Below, in pieces: positions 54,861 to 64,000 of a stretch of DNA of 64,000 nucleotides. The translations under genes and the position numbers were made by a program. The stretch is from the human T2T-CHM13v2.0 reference genome, Homo sapiens: the NCBI RefSeq assembly GCF_009914755.1, contig NC_060933.1; one strand, given 5' to 3'. The stretch's first letter is position 1. Every line of letters starts with the position of its first letter. The notes under the pieces were generated by a model. That model made no database searches, was not told the DNA's origin, and saw only the letters and a program-made list of their open reading frames with translations.

Positions 54861-55754
54861 AATCATTCCCACATCTCAGAAAGGGGAATTCTTCCAGCTT
54901 TATCAGAAGAACATCCAACCGCAGTACATACAAATATTAAATGCAAGGCTAGCCACATGAGATTCTATAAAAGGATTCATCATTAGATGATTCTGATGGT
55001 GAATATCTTTTGGAAAATACTAGAGATAGATACTTCGAAAATTATTTTTCCCTTTTTTGATTGGCTGCAATTCTGAATGTGCCTGTGTTTAAACCAACCT
55101 CTCTACTGCTCTCCCCTCCCCTTCTCTTTCTCTGTCTCTCTCTATCTCTGTTCTTTTATTCTCTCTTGGGTTTAGTTACTTGCCCAGGTGGTCTCATTTA
55201 ATGATTACACTATCTCAGGCATGAAACACCATGACTTTTTGCTGTTGGGACTGCAGTATGTAAATTGACTTGAGTCAATTGTACCTGATTTTCTAAATTG
55301 CCTCTGGTATAACAATTCTCCCACCCGTAATAACCCATTGAAATCAAACAATAGGATTGATTAAACATTCCTCACTCAGGGGGAAACTCCATTAATTTTA
55401 CCTGAATAAAAACTGCAGAACAGTGCCCATTTTGGGGTAAGTAGTATACAAAATTCTCCAGGAAGCACAGTAGAAATAAACTTGAAAGGCTTAAATATTA
55501 CTCTTTAGCCACAGGGAATAGAAGCAAATGGAATTTTATTTACAAGTCACATGAAGGAAAACAAAGGCATACTTAAGTGAGTATTGCACAGTGCACCAGA
55601 TTTGGCAGGACTAACATTTACTCTGGCTTTTCTTCTGGGACAGAGCAGTAGAATATAGGTGAATCCTGGAACCTCTAGAGCTCTGTTAGGAATCCATATA
55701 CAGCGTATCTGTCTCCAGGTTGGGATTTTCCAATTTCATGCCACAAGTAACCAC

Positions 55755-56295
55755 TTGTTATGAGCTCTGGAATGGAGTCCCAGCTCTTCCACTCACTAGC
55801 TGTTTGATGGTGGACAAGTTATTTAAATTGTGAGTCTGAGGTTTTCAATGCCTAACCTGGGTTTAAAATACCTGCACTATGTGTCTCCCAAGGTTGTTGT
55901 GAACATCAAATGAAACTATGCAAAACAACTGATTTGAAGACGGTTAAGTGCATTGTAAACATGGGGAATAATTCTTATTTGAGGTAGTCTTTTTTTACTG
56001 AGCTTGTACATAATTCTATAAGATAAAGAGCTCAGCCAGTGGTGACGGCCTTTTCTTCCAAATCTAAATTCATATGTAGTGGCTGCAGTGTAGTCAGACT
56101 GTGGAGTCAGATTCACCCGTGTTCACATCACAGCTCCCCATTTACTAGCTCTGTGTCCAGAGGCGAGTTATCCATCTGCCCAGACTCATCTATAAAATGG
56201 GGATAGAAATAACACCTACCTCACAGGGCTGTTGTGAGACTCAGCAATGCAGTGCATGGGACAGGAACACCACTCAATGAATGCTACTTATTAAT
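55755..56295 (+). mobile_element. Two MIR copies (about 55755-55950 and 56080-56295)
   Basis: 'tcccagctcttccactcactagctgtttgatggtggacaagttattt' and 'cagctccccatttactagctctgtg..ctcatctataaaatggggatagaaataacacctacctcacagggctgttgtgag'. Confidence 0.75.
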
Positions 56296-56489
56296 AGTAG
56301 AAAATAACTTCAACATGCAGGAATATTCATATGGTGCCTTTCTCTGAACCAATCAAGAACTTTCAGTGCCTGGTGCAGTCTGAAATCTTGGTCTGAGTTA
56401 TTCAGAATTCTCATCTCTTTGCAGGAGGGACTTCTGGGGACCTGTAAGAGAACTAAGGTGATATTGTGGCTCATAGAGTCTGGATTCCT

Positions 56490-56620
56490 AGATGGTGAGC
56501 TTTTGGAGTGTGGGATTGGATTTTTTGCATCTCACTAAATATTTGTATTCATAGTGTCTAGCATAGAGTCTGGCACATGGTGTGTGGTCCTCTGCTCAGT
56601 GAACACTTTTGCATGAATGA
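56490..56620 (+). mobile_element. L2 3' terminus
   Basis: 'ctagatggtgagcttttggag..agtgtctagcatagagtctggcacatgg..tgctcagtgaacacttttgcatgaatgaa'. Confidence 0.65.
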
Positions 56621-56640
56621 AAAAAGAAATCTTTGCCTAG

Positions 56641-57332
56641 TGTAAGGATGTAAAGGAATGAAAAACAGGAGGCTTAATTCCTCCTGCTTAAAATAAGAGC
56701 TATTTTCCTTTCCTCCCTTTTTGTCAGAACGTGTACTGTAGAAAACCTGTATATAAAGTACCTTCTCTGTCTTTTTGAAATGTATCTTTCTAGACAGTAA
56801 ATAAGCCTTCTGTCAGCTTTATTATTGAGGAATGTCTTTCTCAAAGACCTGAGAGTCATCTCTTTGAAATGTAAATATCAAAGGGGAAGGTGCCCCCATC
56901 CTACAATTTTCCATGGGAAGGCAGGAGCCTAACATCAGCTCGCGCCATGCTCCAAGTTATAAACCTCCCTCCCGTCATAGGGTGTTCCCCCCACCCCAAC
57001 CCCACCCGCTTCCTCTCTCCTCTGGATACACCCAGTTAGCTAACATAGATGGTCACCTCAATTACCAGGTAAAGTTAAGATAGACTTTATGCCCAATGGT
57101 GCTGTCAAGTCCTCTTACTTGAGGACTAGTTATTGTTCATCTTGAAAATATGTGTGTAATTGGGTATATTTGCTTGGCTATATAAAAGGGTGTGATTTTT
57201 TTTTTCTTTCTGTGCACTTTCTTAGTGGAGTGGCTGTAATGCACATGACAGTCTGGTTTAATGCTTATTCAACAATAAAGGTGTTTCTTTCTCTACTGCA
57301 TTTGTGGAGAGAATTTCTGGGTTGGGAGAAAC
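56641..57332 (+). mobile_element. ERV1-class solo LTR (MER34/MER4-group-like; subfamily not resolved)
   Basis: TG start; 'gaatgtctttctcaaagacctgagagtcatctctttgaaatgtaaatatcaa'; 'ggaaggcaggagcctaac'; TATATAAAAG at 57179-57188; AATAAA at 57274-57279. Confidence 0.7.
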
Positions 57333-57849
57333 ATATTGAAACATATAGAAAGATATTTGAAGACTAATGCTAGTAGCTGAAGTGTTAATGTTTTTAAATA
57401 CTAATGTGCTTAATCATTCTTACCTATTTATTTGTGTACCTATAAGCATTCAACTAATGTGCCTACCTCTTTTGAAACTTCACTAGGTTATTTTTCAAGT
57501 GTGTAAGATTTAAGACTTTCAACTGACTGACTCACTAATAAAGATTATTCTCCTTTTGCCATCCAAGGAAAGTCTTGCTTCAATAATCATAAATTCTTAT
57601 TGGCCTCTGGATAGGATTGCCCTCCTCATTTGCAAATTTTCAGAAAATTAAAAAAAAAAAAAAACTTGGCAGGTTGTATGGAAACTAGGGATTTCCAGAA
57701 CATTTCCTAAACAAAAGAGTAAATAATTAGTGCTCTTCTAAGTAGAGGAAGAATTTAAGACAGCTTACATAAATAAAATAAAATAAGCAAGTGAAGACAC
57801 TGAGACAAAAAGGAAGTGATTGTTAAAAATATAGGGTCTTAATTGTCAT

Positions 57850-58080
57850 AGCCAACAGCAACTTAAGGATACATGATATTAAATATAATGTAAATCCTAG
57901 ATGGGATTCTGGAATAGCAAAAGGGCATTAAGTAAAAATTAAGAAAATCTGAATAGAATATGGACTTTAGTTAATCATAATGTGTCAATAGTAGTTTATT
58001 AATTGTATTGTAATAAAATGTACCATTTTAATGTTAGATGTTAATAGAGGAAACTGAGTATGAGTTATAAAGGAACTCTA
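57850..58080 (+). mobile_element. L1MC-like 3' UTR fragment
   Basis: 'cctagatgggattctggaatagcaaaagggcattaagtaaaaattaagaaaatctgaataga..tatggactttagttaat'. Confidence 0.8.
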
Positions 58081-58629
58081 TGGCGGAGAGGGAGAATAGC
58101 TTAGACAAAGATGCTAGGTGAAAATTCTAAAATGTATTGTTTATCTTTACATCCATAATATTAAGATTATATTTAATAGTTTCCTTCCTCCTCTCCTGTT
58201 TGTCCCCATTTCTTACCTCTCTCCCCTGATACATACATATCCCACCCTGTTAATGAGATCTCAGCATGCCTCTTGGTTGAGCCTGCTCAAGTTTTGACAG
58301 GAACAAAGCAACAGAACACATCCAACATCAACAACTTTGTTCATTCTGTATTTTCTCATAGTTCAATGAACTGGGATGCTTCCAACTCTCCTTAAAAATG
58401 AAAGTTAAATTGGTTTGAACACAAATGCACAAAAACGTATGCTTCCACAGTGCAATCTACAAGGTTGGGTACTGGGTTAAAAATAAAATTTCATCTACAC
58501 AATGGTATGTCCATTTAAGAAACCCGTTAATAACAGGAAGTAACTCACTCCGTGCCTGGAATCTGGAATTAAATCTAGGCCAAACTACAGAGCCTAACAA
58601 TGTGTATCTCAGGCTAAAACAAATCCAGA

Positions 58630-58735
58630 ATGTGGGAGTTGGAAAGGATTTTAGAGATAATTTAGTCCAAATCCTCCATTTTATGGTAGGGAAACTGAAG
58701 CTCAGGGAGGTTCCCTGATTTGTCAAAAGTTTCGC
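58630..58735 (-). mobile_element. MIR3/MIRb fragment
   Basis: 'gagttggaaaggattttagagataatttagtccaaatcctccattttatggtagggaaactgaagctcaggg'. Confidence 0.7.
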
Positions 58736-59334
58736 AAAATGTATGTTTATATGTCACTTTAATCCTATAAAGAGTCTGAGGAAGGACTAAAATAGAATGA
58801 AAAAAGGATATAGAGACAATAGTTTGTGTTAGCAAACCTCACCTTAATGTTTCAACCATTAAGATGACCTTCTCCAGGGTGAACTTTTCAGCAGTACTAA
58901 GCTTTATAAATATAATGGATGGCAAAGATAGTTTGCTCTAGGACAGAGCACGATTACATGGTAAAACTTCCGTGCTGTGCTCTAAAAATTACTCTCTCAA
59001 CCGCTAATTGAACTCTGAGGATTCTTTACCAGGAGAGATCAGTTTTATTCCATAACTAAGGGCTTAAGGTAAAAGTACCCTTGGAATGATTCTCTTTGTC
59101 TTTCCCTTCTTTACAAGATTTATCAGATGGTACAGAAAGGTGTCCAGCAAAAATGGCCACAGGGAAATCCACAGATCATCATAGGATTAAGCATTTAAGT
59201 AAGCTAGGAAGAGTGGAAAAAGTAGGCTTTTCACCAGGGCCAGATTGTTGGAGGGTCTTATTTCAGGGCACCTGGAAGCACAGTGAAAGCCACTGATTTT
59301 CACTGTGCTGACTACGTGAGCAGGGACTTGGGAA

Positions 59335-59510
59335 GCAGGAATGTGTGGTTTAGCATCTGGTTTGAGCCATGCAACTCTGGGAAAACTAATTAACTTTTTT
59401 GAAACTTAGTTCATCATCTATAAAATGAGAATAACTTCACAGAGTTGGGTAGAAGAGTGAAATTAATAAAATAAATAAAATATTGAAAACCTACAGCAAA
59501 TGCTAACTAC
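59335..59510 (+). mobile_element. MIR fragment
   Basis: 'aacttagttcatcatctataaaatgagaataacttcacagagttggg'. Confidence 0.55.
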
Positions 59511-59876
59511 AGATTTGTTCCTTTCCCCTTTCTACATTCCTACTCTCTCTTCCATGTCTGGATTCAAAATCCTCTAGGATGTATATATATTTCCAAATAG
59601 TCACACAATGTAAGCTGAATAAGAAATCAAAAAAAAGATTGTGGGTGAGCAGGTGGGGAGAAACTGAGAAGGCAATGTATGTTTGATAGCACGTTAAGGA
59701 GCATGAGCCCAGATGGGCAGCTGGGACCTACCACAGGACAGTTTGGTCTAGGCTGGCTGGTCCATCGCCTTTCCTTCGTCTCAGATGTATTCATTTTACT
59801 TTCTTCAGCAAAATTCCCCCCACTTCGCTGTACTTCTAAACACCCCCACATAGAAATAACAGAGGCTGATAATACT

Positions 59877-59929
59877 GAACATGTACACGAACATGTATAC
59901 AAACATGTACACAAACTGAGCATGTACAC
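59877..59929 (+). repeat. Short 12-bp-period tandem repeat (RAACATGTAYAC), 4 units
   Basis: gaacatgtacac gaacatgtatac aaacatgtacac aaact gagcatgtacac. Confidence 0.85.
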
Positions 59930-59993
59930 AAACACAATTCTTCACTTGAAGTGGGGGGCTAATTTAATATATGTTCAATGTTTGTGATAACGG

Positions 59994-60294
59994 TTTTTTT
60001 TTTTTTTTTTGAGATGGAGTTTCGCTCTTGTTGCCCAGGCTGGAAATCAGTGGTGTGATCTTGGCTCACTGAAACCTCCGCCTCTGGGTTCAAGTGCTTC
60101 TCCTGACTCAACCTCCCAAGTAGCTGGGATTACAGATGCCTACCACCACGCCCAGCTAATTTTTTTGTATTTTTAGTAGAGATGGGATTTCACCATGTTG
60201 GCCAGGCTGGTCTTGAACTCCTGACCTCAAGTGATCAGTCCGCCTCGGACTCCCACAGTGTTGGCATTACAGGCGTGAGCCACCCCGCCCAGCA
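59994..60294 (-). mobile_element. AluS (Sq-like), full length
   Basis: 'gagatggagtttcgctcttgttgcccagg' (Sq/Sp diagnostic); TSD gataac..ttt at about 59986 and 60295. Confidence 0.95.
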
Positions 60295-60798
60295 GATAAC
60301 TATTTTTTTTTAATTTAAAAATTTTTCCCTCCCAGGAAGGTTTTTTGTTGTTTGATATACTGAGTACCACTTACTTTTGTAAAAGCTTTTGCTGTATTTT
60401 CATGAGTATTACTTGTAAATAGCATAGGGTGGTGGTGAGCACTCCTATCTCCCACAAAATATTAAAGTAGAAAATAAAACAAGGTTGTGTTTTCAGAGTT
60501 AAGCTATGAAACAAAAAAAGAATTTAAGCATAGCTGTATACATTTCATACAACAAGCTATACACATGGATAGCTATACAAAGCTATACCTTAAACAGGAA
60601 GAATGACCTCCAGGCTAAGGCCAAACCTGGAATATAATTGAAGTTATTTGTATTTATGAAGAGAACTTGTCAATCAGAAGGACTGTTAGCTAGCAATGGA
60701 AATATGAGATGCTGAGAAACAAACATTGGTAGCGGAGGAATTCCTACCCCATTTAAGGGATGGGTTCACTAGCTTTAGAACCCAGGTATGAAATCCAT

Positions 60799-60834
60799 CT
60801 GCAGATCTAATTCTGCAGCTAATTAGATCTGCAG
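60799..60834. repeat. Perfect 14-bp inverted repeat, 8-nt spacer
   Basis: ctgcagatctaatt-ctgcagct-aattagatctgcag. Confidence 0.92.
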
Positions 60835-60886
60835 TGAAGGTAGGTGTACTCCACATACTTATCTCGATGACTCTAATCATCGAACA

Positions 60887-61109
60887 CAGAGGCCTACAAA
60901 CTAAGGCCAGTGGGACCAAATCCAGCCCACCATCCTGCTTTTGTAAATAAGGTTTTTTGTGGAACACAACCATTGCCATTTGTTTACATGCTGTCTACAC
61001 CTTTCTGCTACAAGAGTTGATCAGACACAGTTGTAATAGAAACTGCCTGGTCTATAAAGCCAAAAATATTTACTATCTGTCCCTTTACAGAAGTAGTTAT
61101 TGACCCCTG
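60887..61109 (+). mobile_element. MER58A (hAT-Charlie MITE)
   Basis: cagaggcctacaaactaaggcc..gccaaaaatatttactatctgtccctttacagaa..tgacccctg, about 223 bp. Confidence 0.88.
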
Positions 61110-61449
61110 ATAATTCAGCCAACTTGCCTTGATTTCATGCTCACCCAACAATATTTTGACTCAATGTTGTTTGTTTATTCCTGAGAATATTTTGTACTGG
61201 GAAAGTAAGAGCTTGCAGAACAGTAATAAGCCAATATATTGAAAGTTGTATCTTTTTAAGTGATGGTAGACCTTCTGTGTAGACTAACAATTACAATATC
61301 TGAGCTCAAAGCTGGTGGGCTGACCTGTTGACTGTGGTGCCTACCCCCAATGTATTGTCACCTGGGCCTGTTTGGAGGTCAGCCTATTTTCTCTGTGTAA
61401 TGTTGGAACTTCCTGTGCATTTTTTTTTTTCTGGCAGCATTTAAAAAAT

Positions 61450-61720
61450 TCCTACTTTACAGATGAGGAAGCTACAATTCAGAGAAAGGAAAAATAAAAC
61501 TAATATTTATTGAGGATCTACTCTGTGCTAGGCTCACAGATGTTCCTTAAGTAATGCCATTTAATCTTTACAAGCCCATGCAAGGGGAAAGGGCTATGAA
61601 ACTCAAGTTTATGCTTTCACTGATGTGGAATTGGAGGCTTGGAAAAGGTAAGACCACAGTAATTTGTTAGCAAAATCAGGATTTGAAAGCAGGTGCTCAG
61701 ATTCAGATACTTTTACACTA
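61450..61720 (-). mobile_element. MIR fragments
   Basis: 'ctttacagatgaggaagctaca'; 'ctaatatttattgaggatctactctgtgctagg..atttaatctttacaa..tgatgtggaattggaggctt'. Confidence 0.65.
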
Positions 61721-62646
61721 TGGTATTTTCACATGACATATACTGCCTGGCAGAGTCTTCTGGTGATGGGCTTAAGAAAGCAACACCATATGCCTTGGTC
61801 TTTTCCTCCCACCAAGGTGTACTGTTGTTCTTTAGTAAACATGAATTAAGTTAGAAAATCCTAGAGATTTTAAAGGTGTAAAATTTTAAAACAAATTCTG
61901 CACATTTATATTGGAGTGTAGAATCTTAGCCAACTAATTTACATATTCAACCGCACTCTTGCATAGAGAAATTGGTGCCACCACAGCCTGTGTTCATAAA
62001 TAACAGTTCCCGAAGAATTTTTTTTTTCATAACTGGTTTTGTACTTGAAGTGATTTAAATGTTGTACTTTGAAATCATTGTAGCAAGAACATATTTTAGA
62101 ATTTCTAAAAGCTGAACAGAATGGAAGGTTATCTATAACATGAGCATAATCACAGTCATAATATCTGTTTAAAATAAAATGCTGAAGAGAATTAAATATT
62201 CCCTTCAAGCCAAACTCAAATTTCAACACAAAATAGATTGTAGACTTGCAGCTAATGTTGCTTGCTGGGGCCCATTCTTTAGGAGTTTAGAGCCTTTGAA
62301 AAGCTTTTGTTTATTATTTTTTCAGTGCTAAAGAAGAAATTCCCCAGCTTTTAGAAACAGAACTGGTCCTACCTTCTCACACAATGACTTGTGCACTGCC
62401 CTGAGCTTGATTTGTAAGTGTTCTACCTGAGTGCACTTCTTGTCTTAACTACACTGAAAACTTTAAGATGACAAATTGTAGGTTGATGGCACTGAATTTA
62501 CTGCTATGTAAATGCTATGACTGTTTCATAAAAATATTTGCTGATGTATTATATTGTTATAAGATAGAACTTTAACAAAAATTATAAATGGGGGAATATA
62601 TATGAAAATATTAAAAAAATATAACTCTCATTCATAAAGACTTCCC

Positions 62647-63007
62647 TTTTTCTTTAACTTTTATTTTAAGCTCAGGGGTACAGGTGCGGGTTTGTTATGC
62701 AGGTAAACTTGTGTCATGGGGGTTTACTGTACAGATTATTTTGTCACTCAGGTATTAAGCCTAGTACCCATTAGTTATTTTTCCTGATCCTCTGCCTCTT
62801 TCCACCCTCCACGCTCTGATAGGCTCCAGTGTGTGTTGTTCCCCTCTATGTGTCCATGTGTTCTCACCATTTAGCTCCTACTTATAAGTAGGAACATGCG
62901 GTATTTGATTTTCTGTTCCTGGGTTAGTTTGCTAAGGATAATGGCCTCTAGCTCCAACCATGTTGCTTCAAAGGATATGATCTCATTCTTTTTGATGGCT
63001 GCATAGT
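62647..63007 (-). mobile_element. L1PA (about PA11-PA14) 3' end, 5'-truncated
   Basis: 'aacttttattttaagctcaggggtacaggtgcgggtttgtta..ggtattaagcctagtacccattagttatttttcctgatcc'; imperfect TSD aagacttcccttttt / aagaattcctttt. Confidence 0.92.
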
Positions 63008-63429
63008 AAGAATTCCTTTTCTTAGTTTCACCCTTCATTTTCTTTAATAAGGAAACAGAACTATACCCTGAGGAGGCGTGAACTCAAATGAGTAAATACA
63101 TTCACAATTAGGAATTATTTGGAAAATTCTACTCACAGAAAGTTAGCACTGGAAGGCATCTCTAAAACCACCTAACTCAACCCATGATCCAAATGGAGTA
63201 CATAAATCTTAGAAACGTCCAATGACATGCTCGAGCTGGAAGGAACAACTAGGACTCCTAAATCCCAGCTAATCTCCTACTCAACTGTACTGGCTATCTA
63301 GGAAAAATAAAAGTTTACATTTCCCTTAGAATTATTTGAACAAGAAGTCTCTAAAACACAAGAAGTTAATTTAGGTCTCCTTTGTCTTGGCAGAAAACGG
63401 ACAATATATTTCTTAGAAGGGTGATGATG

Positions 63430-63975
63430 TGACATAAATCCAATTCATTCTGGCTTGAGCATGAAAAGGAGTTTATTGGTTCCTTTAACTGAACTATGCA
63501 TGGTCTGGCTATCGTGACTAGACCTAGAAACTGAAATGCCATTAGGTTCTCTCTTTCCACAACTCTCTTCTTTATGTATTCTTATACACTGGTTTTATTC
63601 TCTCTGACCGGTTGTCTCTGTGAGTCTGCAACCAGAGCTTTAGGTAACTCTAGGTGTCATTCTTACTACCTCATACCTAAAGAAGAAAGAAAATGCTTCC
63701 CTACCAGTTTTACTGAAGAAAATCCTGAGGGGAAATGTGGATGGGTTCCGGCAAGATCAAATAAACATCTCTAGGTCAACCAGTATGGCTGCAAGATTGG
63801 GACTAGGACAATTCCAACTGGGATCACGTGCCAGGAGGCAGGAGAACAGTTAGACTGGCAGGTCACCTTGGAGTCACATTTGAAGTATGAGAGATGCAGG
63901 TCTCCCCGAAAATTGGGGTTGTCACCAGAGAAAGGAGAAAAGATGTGCCAGGCAGGGAAAACAGCAGGTGCCAGA
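63430..63975 (-). mobile_element. Old MaLR LTR (MLT1K-like)
   Basis: 'ctggcttgagcatgaaaaggagtttattggttcctttaactgaa', 'gaaaatcctgagggg..gatggg', 'gactggcaggtcacc'. Confidence 0.55.
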
Positions 63976-64000
63976 TGAGAAATTAGAGTCACTTAAGACT

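Noticed and set aside
61315-61388. Pre-miRNA-like fold-back (gggctgacct...aggtcagcct)
   Set aside because: Only about 13 terminal pairs, several of them G-U; the interior pairs poorly.

Overview
AT-rich primate genomic DNA, human/great-ape-like on the evidence of AluY, L1PA3 and MER41A, and apparently intronic or intergenic. I found no credible protein-coding exon, RNA gene, CpG island or CRISPR-like array. The supplied ORFs are chance ORFs or transposon remnants (L1 ORF2 pieces, Tigger1 transposase pieces, Alu-derived peptides). The window holds many interspersed repeats: 6 Alus, L1s of many ages, L2, MIR, solo LTRs, a full-length Tigger1, a near full-length Tigger3b, MER33, MER58A, MER63A and MADE1. 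I see no new multi-gene biological system. The notable signals are mutational footprints that repeat annotation would miss: (1) an L1PA3 with a twin-priming inversion and a TSD-bounded, possibly two-step, 3' transduction (24.4-25.7 kb); (2) a 62-nt polyadenylated, TSD-flanked retrocopy of an LTR-like 3' end inside a MIR (2.2 kb); (3) two non-tandem local duplications at about 1.2-1.3 kb offset (about 280 bp and 40 bp, about 10% diverged); (4) perfect short palindromes, one forming a SOXE-type dimer motif. All repeat subfamily calls come from recalled consensus sequences rather than a search, and boundaries of old repeats are approximate.
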